DNA of 61,140 nt, taken from positions 1 to 61,140 of IMG/VR virus record IMGVR_UViG_3300011113_000522. One strand, given 5' to 3'. Below the pieces are notes generated by a model that worked only from the letters and a program-made list of their open reading frames with translations, made no database searches and had not been told where the DNA came from. Position numbers and translations under genes: made by a program. The DNA is from a virus (lineage: Duplodnaviria > Caudoviricetes). Positions 9,545-18,629 of the stretch are shown here, one piece after another (position 1 is the stretch's first letter; every line of letters starts with the position of its first letter).

Positions 9545-9576
9545 AAAATAAGGCAGATTGCTCTGCCTTATTTTTT
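9545..9576. terminator. Bidirectional intrinsic terminator
   Basis: AAAATAAGGCAGA-ttgc-TCTGCCTTATTTT between convergent genes. Confidence 0.85.
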
Positions 9577-9591
9577 GTGTTTGTTAATTTG

Positions 9592-10272
9592 TTATTTACC
9601 AGATGGAGTATATCGGCCAGAGGCAGGAGCTTCTCCTGTAGCCGTGGAGTTTGCCAGCAACTTGTCACGCATATCCGAGGTCCCTTGATCATTAGCCATT
9701 TTTAGTATACTACCACCTTGACTACTCACTACGTTAGGTATCGACGGATACCATACAACGTTGGATTTTACACCAGCTGCAACCTTACCGTTATGTTTAT
9801 ATGTACCAGCTGCGAATTGAGCTAATGTAGTAGGATTATTCAATGACTCCCAAAAATTGGTATTTGCTGTGTCACCAAAATTATTACCATAATAAACTAA
9901 ACAATTTGTCCAACATACAGTCAAGCTTGGACTCATATACCAAGTTGCGCCTTTTGGCCAAACTGCAAATATATCTGCACCATACAAACCTTTAGCCCAG
10001 TTATCATATGGTTGAGTATATGATGCTCCTTTTTTAATTATTCCTAATGATAAGTATCCATATGAATTTTCTTCAGCTAATGCATCTTTAGCAGTTGTTA
10101 ACCAAGCCGGATCAGTTCCTGTTTGTTCCGTTAAATGTTGCAGTACGGATTCGCGCAAACCATACTCATTAATGTCGGCCATGATTGAGTTGTAAACCAA
10201 TTGTCGTTTTGCTGATTCGGATAAATTTTTGGTACCAAATCGAAGCATGTTTTCTGAAAGTAAATTTTTCAT
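9592..10272 (-). CDS. Hypothetical protein, paralog of 10339..11001
   Basis: Shared DPAW.TTAK..LAE, GA.YTQP, KGATWY.SPSLTV, AAGTYKH.GK, SNVVWYPS. Confidence 0.8.
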   Translation of the reverse strand: MKNLLSENMLRFGTKNLSESAKRQLVYNSIMADINEYGLRESVLQHLTEQTGTDPAWLTTAKDALAEENSYGYLSLGIIKKGASYTQPYDNWAKGLYGADIFAVWPKGATWYMSPSLTVCWTNCLVYYGNNFGDTANTNFWESLNNPTTLAQFAAGTYKHNGKVAAGVKSNVVWYPSIPNVVSSQGGSILKMANDQGTSDMRDKLLANSTATGEAPASGRYTPSGK

Positions 10273-10338
10273 TTGTTTGTTTCCTTAAATATTTTATATA
10301 TATATGTTCTCGTTAACAATATTGTTTTTGCTATTTTA

Positions 10339-11001
10339 TTATTGGCCAGCTGGCACGTATTTAGTACCAGCACCTGGTCCATATGGTTGACCGTCAACAT
10401 GTTTTAATGCTGCGCGCATTGCATCACCACTATCACCTAATGGCAAATGTGTATATATACCACCTTGTGTAACTACGGCGTTAGACAAAGAAGGATACCA
10501 TACAACATTAGACTGTATGCCGGTAACCGGTTTTCCTTTGTGTTTATATGTACCCGCTGCTAATTGAGTCGCCATGGTATTATTACTTAATGCACCAGAA
10601 TCAATGAATGCATTCCAACCGCCAAAATCATCATAATTATAAACTTTTGCAGCACAAAATGCTACGGTTAGGCTTGGAGATACATACCACGTGGCACCTT
10701 TAGCTACAGCAGCAAATTTAGTTTTTTCCAATCCATAACTTGTAATCATATCGCTAGGTTGTGTATATGTTGCTCCTGGTTTGAGTATTGCAACTGATAA
10801 AAATCCATCATTTTTTTCAGCTAATACATTTTTAGCAGTTGTCATCCAAGCTGGATCTGCTGCGGCTTCTGCTTCCATTATTAATCCTTGCCGTACAGCT
10901 CCATGCAAACCATGCTCATTAATGGTTTCTATGACTGATTTAAGAACCGATTGTCTTTGCATTGCAAATGGCAACGCGTTTTTTAAAAATAAATTTTTCA
11001 T
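10339..11001 (-). CDS. Hypothetical protein, paralog of 9592..10272
   Basis: Same shared motifs; identical AAGGAAACAAACAAATG leader. Confidence 0.8.
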   Translation of the reverse strand: MKNLFLKNALPFAMQRQSVLKSVIETINEHGLHGAVRQGLIMEAEAAADPAWMTTAKNVLAEKNDGFLSVAILKPGATYTQPSDMITSYGLEKTKFAAVAKGATWYVSPSLTVAFCAAKVYNYDDFGGWNAFIDSGALSNNTMATQLAAGTYKHKGKPVTGIQSNVVWYPSLSNAVVTQGGIYTHLPLGDSGDAMRAALKHVDGQPYGPGAGTKYVPAGQ

Positions 11002-11083
11002 TTGTTTGTTTCCTTTATAGGTTTTTTATATATATGTTCTTGTTATCAATAATAAATATGTTTCAAAAAAAAAGTAATGCAAT

Positions 11084-11112
11084 TTGGATTTTTCATTTTT
11101 TTTACATAATAT
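11084..11112 (+). promoter_or_regulatory. Putative early/middle promoter TTGGAT-N17-TAATAT
   Basis: Matches the class; upstream of uvsE. Confidence 0.55.
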
Positions 11113-11126
11113 AAAATAAAACATAT

Positions 11127-12152
11127 ATGATACGTTATGGTTATGCCTGTATCAACATGGAGTTATCCGCCCAGGGTATTCGTACCGGTCGTGCCATGAT
11201 TGATCGCAAATTCAAACTTGGTGGTTTACGGCTTGCATCTGATATTGCACTTGCCAATGCCCGCGATTTACTTATTATTCTGCAATGGAATGAAGCACGC
11301 GGCATTCGTTTGTTTCGTTTAGGTTCTGAGCTCTTTCCCCGTTGGAATCATTACGAGCTTGCAGATTTACCTGACATTGATCTTATTGCACAGCATCTTC
11401 GTGCCGCAGGTGACTTTGCTCGTGCACATGGTCATCGCATTACAACGCATCCTGGTCCATTTCATATCTTAGGTAGTCCTGATGCTGTAGTTGTTGATAA
11501 TTCTATCGTTGGTCTTGAACGACATTCTGAGCTCTTTGATATGATGGGCTTTGCTCCTAGCTTTGAAAACAAGATCAATATTCACGTAGGTGCTACTTAC
11601 AATGACAAGCCCGGCACCATTGCACGGTGGTTGCATAACTATGATCGGCTTTCAGATTCTTGCAAGGCACGTTTAGTTATTGAGAATGATGACAAGGCAT
11701 CTATGTATTCCGTACGCGAATTGTATTCTATGCTACATGCAGAAATTGCTATACCTATTACGTTTGACTATTGGCATCACACATTCAATACTGGTGACAT
11801 CAGCGAACAAGAAGCATTCTTTATGGCGCGTGAGACTTGGCAACGTCATGGTGTGACACAATGTACTCATTACAGTGAATCCCGTCGACGTGAAGCACAA
11901 ATTCTTATCGAGCGTATGTTTGCACATCACAACATTGACATTGCCGACTTGCCCAATTGGCCTACCTTTCACAAACAATACAAAGAGTTTACCAAGATCA
12001 AGGAGCAGGCTCATGCTGACTATATCACACAGCTTCCGAATACATATGGTGTTGCAGATCTCGATGTTATGGTTGAGGCAAAGGCTAAAGAACAATCATT
12101 GATTGCATTGAATGTTGAATGTTGTCAAAACACCCAATTAATATTAGAATAA
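11127..12152 (+). CDS. uvsE: UV damage endonuclease UvsE/UVDE
   Basis: GYACIN, FRLGSELFP, HPGPF, NIHVG, LVIENDDK, FDYWHH, HYSES, AHADY, DVMVEAKAKE. Confidence 0.93.
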   Translation: MIRYGYACINMELSAQGIRTGRAMIDRKFKLGGLRLASDIALANARDLLIILQWNEARGIRLFRLGSELFPRWNHYELADLPDIDLIAQHLRAAGDFARAHGHRITTHPGPFHILGSPDAVVVDNSIVGLERHSELFDMMGFAPSFENKINIHVGATYNDKPGTIARWLHNYDRLSDSCKARLVIENDDKASMYSVRELYSMLHAEIAIPITFDYWHHTFNTGDISEQEAFFMARETWQRHGVTQCTHYSESRRREAQILIERMFAHHNIDIADLPNWPTFHKQYKEFTKIKEQAHADYITQLPNTYGVADLDVMVEAKAKEQSLIALNVECCQNTQLILE

Positions 12153-12194
12153 GATATTTATATATAATATTATTAATTTATTATAAAGGTTATT

Positions 12195-12377
12195 ATGAAA
12201 GCAGAATATCGCTACAAAGTTAAAATTACCGATGACATTGCTGATGCTCACGACATTATTCGTGCGGTAGGTAAAGCATTAACAGAAGGTAAAATTGACA
12301 AAGCTTCTGCACTTGACAATTTGGCTCGTGCATTAAAAAAATTAGAATCAGCAAAATACTATATTGAACGAGGATAA
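12195..12377 (+). CDS. Hypothetical protein
   Basis: 60-aa ORF with AAGG and ATATTTAT upstream. Confidence 0.65.
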   Translation: MKAEYRYKVKITDDIADAHDIIRAVGKALTEGKIDKASALDNLARALKKLESAKYYIERG

Positions 12378-13384
12378 TGGCAAAGCGTTTTCCGTACATA
12401 GTTTTAGCAGCTGCATTTAGTTTAGCCGCAAGTGCCGCATATTACAGCGTGTTCGGATTGAGTAAATTGTTTGCATCACAAGCAACTGCTGTAGTTGTTT
12501 TAGCATCTACACTAGAAATTTCAAAACTAATATCAGCATCATATCTGCATCGTTATTGGAAACAAATTTCCCGTTTAATGCGAATTTATCTAACTACGGC
12601 AGTTTTGATATTGATGATGATTACATCTTTAGGAATTTATGGATTTTTGGCTTCGTCTTATCAAGACACCGCATATCGATTGCAAAACTTAGAAAGTATT
12701 ATTAACAATTTAGAAACTAAACGTGCGCGTTTTGAAACGCAATTAACGGCTGTTACTAAAGAAAAACAAAATGTAGATAACAATGTAACGCAATTGACTC
12801 AAGCATTGTCAACCAATCGCATTCAGTATACGGATCGCCAAGGCAATCAAGTTGTTCGCACAGATGCAGCAAATCGACGGACTTATGAAAAACAATTGGA
12901 TGCATCTACTCAACGATTGCAAGAATTAACTAAACGAGAATCCGTACTTGCTGATTCAGTTACTGCGGTCGAATTAAAAATTACAGATTTGCAAACAACG
13001 TCAGACGTTGCAGCAGAAGTTGGCCCATTAAAATACATTGCAAAAATCACCGGTCAAAGTATGGATACTGTGGTCAATTGGTTGATTTTAATGCTTATAT
13101 TGGTGTTTGATCCGTTAGCAATCATATTGCTTATTTCAGCAAATAAAATTTTACATAATAAAAAAATCATCCAACTACAAGATGAATCATCTCTGCAGGC
13201 GGAGCAGTCAGAAGCAACTGAGGAGAGTCAAGCCAAGAGGGTTAAAGCCCCAACTCAAGCTTCTGACAATGAAATTGTATCGCCATCCAAAAGTAGCAAT
13301 GATACAATACTAAGTCCTAATCCAGAAATATTGTCATACCGAAATAAATTTAAAATTGAACGTGAAAAGAAATACAAAAAGTAG
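12377..13384 (+). CDS. Multi-pass membrane protein with coiled coil
   Basis: Three N-terminal TM segments, long coiled coil, EVGPLKY..VFDPLA TM segment. Confidence 0.75.
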   Translation: MAKRFPYIVLAAAFSLAASAAYYSVFGLSKLFASQATAVVVLASTLEISKLISASYLHRYWKQISRLMRIYLTTAVLILMMITSLGIYGFLASSYQDTAYRLQNLESIINNLETKRARFETQLTAVTKEKQNVDNNVTQLTQALSTNRIQYTDRQGNQVVRTDAANRRTYEKQLDASTQRLQELTKRESVLADSVTAVELKITDLQTTSDVAAEVGPLKYIAKITGQSMDTVVNWLILMLILVFDPLAIILLISANKILHNKKIIQLQDESSLQAEQSEATEESQAKRVKAPTQASDNEIVSPSKSSNDTILSPNPEILSYRNKFKIEREKKYKK

Positions 13385-13529
13385 TCCTACACCAAAAGGA
13401 TTTAAAAAGTTACAATGCAAATATTGCGATGATATTTGCCAAAAAGTAGATGTTAATGCAACTGCAGTTACCTGTTTCCGTTGTGTATCAAAACTTGTCA
13501 ATGGACAACAATTGGAAATACGAAAATAA
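13362..13529 (+). CDS. 55-aa zinc-ribbon protein (GTG start, not in ORF track)
   Basis: LQCKYCDD...AVTCFRCV, two CxxC pairs; fills the intergenic gap. Confidence 0.65.
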   Translation: MKRNTKSSPTPKGFKKLQCKYCDDICQKVDVNATAVTCFRCVSKLVNGQQLEIRK

Positions 13530-13545
13530 ATCAATATAATAAGTT

Positions 13546-14322
13546 ATGTTACAAGCAGAAAAAATCAAAACAAACTGGGAACAGTATCGCGAATTAGTGA
13601 ATACTTATTTTCCTACCCGTAAAGATCAATTAAATAAAATGTATGATGAATTTGAAGATCGCATGGCAATGATGCCAGCATCATCAATTGCTCATTTTCA
13701 CAATGCATTTGCCGGAGGATATGTAGATCATGTACTTCGAGTTATTGCATGTGCTGAAAAGCTTTATGAGTCTTGGACTGAAATGGGTGCAGATATGTCC
13801 GGTTATACCATTGAAGAACTTCGCTTTGCTGCAATGCATCACGATTTAGGTAAAGTAGGATTTCCAGGAGATGGCAATGAAGTATATCAAATAGAAACTT
13901 CAGATTGGCATCGAAAAAATCAAAACAAAATGTATCGTCACAATGAAAATATTCCATTTACCATGGTACCAGATCTTTCAATTTGGTTGCTACAGGAATA
14001 TGATGTTAAAATGTCTTGGACGGAATATCAAGCAATTAAAATACATGATGGAATGTATGATGATGCAAATAAGCCATATTTTGTTGCTCGATCAGCACAA
14101 GCCAAATTGAAAACAAATCTTCCTATCATTTTGCATCATGCAGATCATATGGCAGCACAAATTGAATTTGAACGTTGGAGAAACAAAGATAAAGAAACAC
14201 CTAAGGCGGTTTCGGAAAAAAGTAGAGCACAAAAATCAACAGGGTTAAAGAATTTAGCTGAAAGCAATCCGGATGTTGAACAGTCATTAAATGATATATT
14301 CAAAGCATTTAACGAGGAATAA
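13546..14322 (+). CDS. HD-domain phosphohydrolase
   Basis: HNAFAGGYVDH, HHDLGK, IHDG, HHAD. Confidence 0.85.
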   Translation: MLQAEKIKTNWEQYRELVNTYFPTRKDQLNKMYDEFEDRMAMMPASSIAHFHNAFAGGYVDHVLRVIACAEKLYESWTEMGADMSGYTIEELRFAAMHHDLGKVGFPGDGNEVYQIETSDWHRKNQNKMYRHNENIPFTMVPDLSIWLLQEYDVKMSWTEYQAIKIHDGMYDDANKPYFVARSAQAKLKTNLPIILHHADHMAAQIEFERWRNKDKETPKAVSEKSRAQKSTGLKNLAESNPDVEQSLNDIFKAFNEE

Positions 14323-14323
14323 C

Positions 14324-14641
14324 ATGTTATTTTTAATCATAACAAACATACTGCTACTAGGAGTTGCGGCATACTTAGCATATCGCGTATGGTATCTTGC
14401 CGGAGCTGTTGCTGACATACAAGAACAAGATGAAGATGTAACTGAGTATATTGAATCATTGGAAGTAACCAATCAATTCATGTATACGAAAGTTGTTGAA
14501 GCATATGAAAACATGAAACGTGTTGATTTGCGAGGTGCTTTTGCTGCAGAAGATGAAGTGGGAACTACATTTGATATGTTAAAAGAAATAGTTGAAACAT
14601 TAAAAGATCAATTCAATGCCGAGAGCCAAGAAAACAAGTAA
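14324..14641 (+). CDS. Membrane-anchored hypothetical protein
   Basis: N-terminal TM segment; ATG at 14324 follows GAGGA. Confidence 0.65.
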   Translation: MLFLIITNILLLGVAAYLAYRVWYLAGAVADIQEQDEDVTEYIESLEVTNQFMYTKVVEAYENMKRVDLRGAFAAEDEVGTTFDMLKEIVETLKDQFNAESQENK

Positions 14642-15314
14642 AACATATTTTACTAAAATAACAGACCTAGCAATTGCTGGTTATAATAAAAGTCCAGATG
14701 TTGCTACGCGTGAAAAAATATATCGCAGATTTATTTATCCTGCATTCATGAAACTTACTGAAAATATCATCAACAAAGTTAAACCTGATTATATTGATTC
14801 GTCATTTCAAGACTTGCAAACCGATTTGGTTACATATCTAACTGCACGTTTAGATAAATTTAATCCATCTGCAGGCAAAGCATATTCATATTATACTCGC
14901 ACTTCATTTAATTACTTGATTGCAGAAAATCAAAAAGCTTACGCAAAAATAAAATCAGATGCACTTGAACTAGATATTGATGAACAACGCAATGTTGTTA
15001 TAGAAATATCCAATGCGGACATGTTGGAAACATTGTGCGAATTTATGGATGCATACATTACATATTGTTATGAAAATCTAAATTATATTTTTACTAATCC
15101 TACAGATATACATGTAGCAGATTCAGTATTACATATTTTTGAAACTCGTGCAAACATTGACAACTTTAATAAAAAAGCATTGTATATTTTTATTCGCGAA
15201 CGTACCGGTTTAGACACATCTAATATTACGCGCGTAGTTAAAACACTTAAACAAATATACGATGCAAAATTTAAAGAGTACGAACAAACAGATTTCATAA
15301 AATTACCTTTTTGA
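14616..15314 (+). CDS. RNA polymerase sigma factor, T4 gp55-like (late)
   Basis: Region-2-like DL..DL..YL...LDKFNPSAGKAYSYYTR...NYLI; C-terminal helix-turn-helix-like segment. Confidence 0.65.
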   Translation: MPRAKKTSKTYFTKITDLAIAGYNKSPDVATREKIYRRFIYPAFMKLTENIINKVKPDYIDSSFQDLQTDLVTYLTARLDKFNPSAGKAYSYYTRTSFNYLIAENQKAYAKIKSDALELDIDEQRNVVIEISNADMLETLCEFMDAYITYCYENLNYIFTNPTDIHVADSVLHIFETRANIDNFNKKALYIFIRERTGLDTSNITRVVKTLKQIYDAKFKEYEQTDFIKLPF

Positions 15315-15338
15315 TATTTATTTTAAAGGGTTTTTGAT

Positions 15339-15779
15339 ATGGACAAAAATGATGAATTATTCAAAGGAACTACCTTTGCCGATTTAATGTCCGATGTTTA
15401 TCACAATTCAAAAAAGAAAGATAGACAAATAAATCAATTGATTGCACAACTTCAGCCGCTAATAAAAAATGCATCTGATGCTACTATTATTGTACCTTTG
15501 ATTAAAGAATATTTAGATGTTGCAGTTAAAAATGATGATCATCTAGTTAAATTAACTGCAATTGTTCAACGTTATATTTCAACCAAACAAACGATATCTG
15601 GAGCAGATGGTTTATTAAGCGATGAAGAAAAACAACAATTGCTTCGCGTTGCGGAACAAACGTTATCAGCTGAGTTGACGGAAGAATTAGATAATATTGA
15701 ACATGATTCTGCTGTTTTAAAACAACGCATTGAAAATGCAATGAATAAAACAAAAGGCAATAATGAACCTACAACATAA
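15339..15779 (+). CDS. Helical hypothetical protein
   Basis: 146-aa ORF after ATATTTAT; first gene of the baseplate operon. Confidence 0.7.
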   Translation: MDKNDELFKGTTFADLMSDVYHNSKKKDRQINQLIAQLQPLIKNASDATIIVPLIKEYLDVAVKNDDHLVKLTAIVQRYISTKQTISGADGLLSDEEKQQLLRVAEQTLSAELTEELDNIEHDSAVLKQRIENAMNKTKGNNEPTT

Positions 15780-16794
15780 ACATATTGAATGGGATGTTGC
15801 TGAAGTATTAGAACATGATTATACATATCAATATAATACATCTGATGTTAATGATGCTACAATTGATAAGTTATTTGCACTTAAAGTTAGATCGTGTAGT
15901 ACATACTTTAATAAAAATGTATATTTAGCTCGACCTGCTAATACTAGCACGAAACGGATTCCATTGGTTGGCGAATTTGTTTTAATATTCAAAACATTTA
16001 ACGAACAAACAACCCCATCTAGATGGAGAGAAAGTTGGTATTATGTTTCTACAATTGATTTACAATCTTCTATCAATGAAAACATGTTACCTGGTATATC
16101 GGATGAATTATCACAAGAACAAATTGATTCGATTCAACCAGGAAAAACATTTGTTAGAAAATCTATATCGCCATTACAACCATATGAGGGTGATATGTTA
16201 TTCGAAGGTCGTTTTGGTAGTAGTATACGCTTTGGTAGTAGCATAAATGTTGCATATCCTAGTAATTATTACTATAAACAAGCTCCATGGAGTTCTCCAT
16301 TTTCAACTAGCATTGATCCGATAATTATTTTGTCTAATGGTCGTATAAATAAGCCTGCAAAAGAATTTGTTGTAGAAGATGTAGAACAAGATGCATCATC
16401 TTTGTATTTAACTAGCAATCAACGATTAGACACATTAACATTATCTAAATCATTAACCGTACATAACACAGAATTTGCAGGTTCGCAGTTTATTGGAGTA
16501 GCTGATAGAATCATACTACGAGCAAAACGAGATGTTGCTGTAATTGATTCGCAAGAAGGAATTGTATTAAATACGTCCGGAGACATTTACATCGGAGGTG
16601 AAGATGCTACAGAACCATTAACGCATGGTTTAGTATTGCAACAAATTGTACAATTGTTAGTACAAGCAATTGCAGCAGGAGCTACAGGACCAGGAGGTGC
16701 ACCTTGCGTTACAAATGCTGCAGCATTATTGGGACAAATTTCTGATTTGCTACCGGATTTAAATAGTACTAAATATAAAATAACAAAAACGTGA
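15763..16794 (+). CDS. Baseplate hub/central spike protein (gp5/gpV-like)
   Basis: N-terminal OB-fold-like P(L)VGE.V; EGRFGSSIRFGS; C-terminal beta-repeat and GE.ATEPL..G..L pattern. Confidence 0.55.
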   Translation: MNLQHKHIEWDVAEVLEHDYTYQYNTSDVNDATIDKLFALKVRSCSTYFNKNVYLARPANTSTKRIPLVGEFVLIFKTFNEQTTPSRWRESWYYVSTIDLQSSINENMLPGISDELSQEQIDSIQPGKTFVRKSISPLQPYEGDMLFEGRFGSSIRFGSSINVAYPSNYYYKQAPWSSPFSTSIDPIIILSNGRINKPAKEFVVEDVEQDASSLYLTSNQRLDTLTLSKSLTVHNTEFAGSQFIGVADRIILRAKRDVAVIDSQEGIVLNTSGDIYIGGEDATEPLTHGLVLQQIVQLLVQAIAAGATGPGGAPCVTNAAALLGQISDLLPDLNSTKYKITKT

Positions 16795-16795
16795 T

Positions 16796-17626
16796 ATGGC
16801 AGTAGCATTTCCTTTTGATCAAATTACTAATAAACCCGGAGCTGCAATTAACAAACTGCAGACTGCATTAAACAAGGTTATTGCAAAACTCAATCAAAAA
16901 GTTGCAGAAGCTATTGGTAAATCAAACATATTACCAAAAACGATTAGTTGTAACGATCCAAAAGTTAAAGAATTAAAACGAATTTTAGAACAAATTCAAC
17001 GATATATTGATCAAATTCAAAGAATTTTACGTATATTAAATATTATTGTGCCGATATTAACAGTTGCAGCACAAATTGCTGCTGTTATTATTAATGGCCA
17101 AGTAGCATTACCAATACCGTCGCCACCAGCAGTTAGTCAAGCATTAGCTGTTCAAAATGAATTGGTTGCAAATATTGCAAAAGCACTAACTCAAGCATCG
17201 ATAATATTAGGAGTTGTAAATGGAGCCGTTGCAGTATCATCTAAATTAATTGCTGGCGTAGTCAACATATTATCTGCAATTTGTAATAATGAAACATTTA
17301 CAGTTACGCAAGATACACAGAATGCAATTGATTCTATTAATAATGAAGTTGTAACTGCTACTATAGATTCTGAATTTTATCAATTACTTAATGTATCACA
17401 AGAAGACATTGATTTGCGAGAAGATTTAATTCAACAGCTGCAACAAGAACAACGATCATTACTAGATTTACTAGAAGCACCTAGTCAAGTAATTATTGGA
17501 ACTGGCACACAACCTCCGGATTCAGACCGCGGAAAAGCTGGAGATTATTTTATAAATCAAACTACAAGAACAATATATGGCCCTAAGATTTCAGATACTG
17601 AATGGCCAATGGGCATAAATTACTAA
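16796..17626 (+). CDS. Hypothetical baseplate-region protein
   Basis: 276 aa; C-terminal G..GDYFIN.....YGPK collagen-adjacent phage motif. Confidence 0.6.
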   Translation: MAVAFPFDQITNKPGAAINKLQTALNKVIAKLNQKVAEAIGKSNILPKTISCNDPKVKELKRILEQIQRYIDQIQRILRILNIIVPILTVAAQIAAVIINGQVALPIPSPPAVSQALAVQNELVANIAKALTQASIILGVVNGAVAVSSKLIAGVVNILSAICNNETFTVTQDTQNAIDSINNEVVTATIDSEFYQLLNVSQEDIDLREDLIQQLQQEQRSLLDLLEAPSQVIIGTGTQPPDSDRGKAGDYFINQTTRTIYGPKISDTEWPMGINY

Positions 17627-17653
17627 ACCTAATATTTATATAAAAGTATTCAT

Positions 17654-18178
17654 ATGGATTCAAAAACATTAATAAAAGCACTTAAAATCGCTGTGCGAGA
17701 AGTTATAAAAGAAGAATTAACTGAAATTCTTCGAGAAGGATTACAATCTACTATTACAGAAATATCGCAACCAAAAAAGCCAGTTAGAGTAGATGCAAAT
17801 AAATCGGTACATGTTCAACCCAAGATAGTTAATGAGTCAGTAAAAAAATCAAAGGTACAATTCACTGATAATAAATGGGCATCTATTTTAAATGAAACGG
17901 ACGTATTAACAGAAGATCAACCATTAGCATTAAATAGTTTTCGCGATATAATGAACGAAGGAATGGAAGAAATTCGAATGACATCTCGAGATGCAGTTAA
18001 TTTTGGAGCGATGCGACAAAATATGAAAGAGGCAATGGGGATAGCCCCATCAGCACCAAAAATTATGGAAGATCCGGAAACTGGTAAAGTATTTGATGTA
18101 CCGCAGGAAGTTCAACAAGCAATGACTCGAGACTATTCTGCATTAATGAAAGCAATTAACAAGAAGAAAGGAATGTAA
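17654..18178 (+). CDS. Hypothetical protein
   Basis: VREVIKEEL..ILREG leader with repeated (I/L/V)xE motifs. Confidence 0.7.
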   Translation: MDSKTLIKALKIAVREVIKEELTEILREGLQSTITEISQPKKPVRVDANKSVHVQPKIVNESVKKSKVQFTDNKWASILNETDVLTEDQPLALNSFRDIMNEGMEEIRMTSRDAVNFGAMRQNMKEAMGIAPSAPKIMEDPETGKVFDVPQEVQQAMTRDYSALMKAINKKKGM

Positions 18179-18624
18179 TGGGATATCAAATTACACCACC
18201 ACCGGCATCTACTTCACAGCCAGTTGGATTAGGTGTTGGATTTCCATTAATCGGTCCAGGCGGTTCTGTTATTTATATTTCAAGTGAACAAGCATTGCAA
18301 AATTTAAAAACTTTGCTTTTAACTAGAATTGGAGAACGTTATGGAATTCCTGACTATGGCACAAATTTGTTAAATGCATTATTTGAGCCAAATGTATCTG
18401 AATTAAAAAATACAATCGTTGAGTTAATTCAGCCAAAAATTGCATATTGGTTACCATATATTTTTATTGAATCAATTGATGTTGTAACTGCAGAAGATGA
18501 TCCAGATTTAATTTATGATATACAAGTATCAATTAAATTTTCTGTTAGTAATTTTAATACACAAACGCTAACTATTAATGCCAACGAAAATGGTACAGTA
18601 ACTGTTACTGAAGATCGAGGATAA
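18178..18624 (+). CDS. gp25: Baseplate wedge protein gp25-like
   Basis: NLKTLLLTRIGERYGIPDYGTNL...LFEP. Confidence 0.85.
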   Translation: MGYQITPPPASTSQPVGLGVGFPLIGPGGSVIYISSEQALQNLKTLLLTRIGERYGIPDYGTNLLNALFEPNVSELKNTIVELIQPKIAYWLPYIFIESIDVVTAEDDPDLIYDIQVSIKFSVSNFNTQTLTINANENGTVTVTEDRG

Positions 18625-18629
18625 TTAAC

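Noticed and set aside
15339-15779. Possible terminase small subunit
   Set aside because: Size and helical character fit, but there is no recognisable motif and it is far from terL; left as hypothetical
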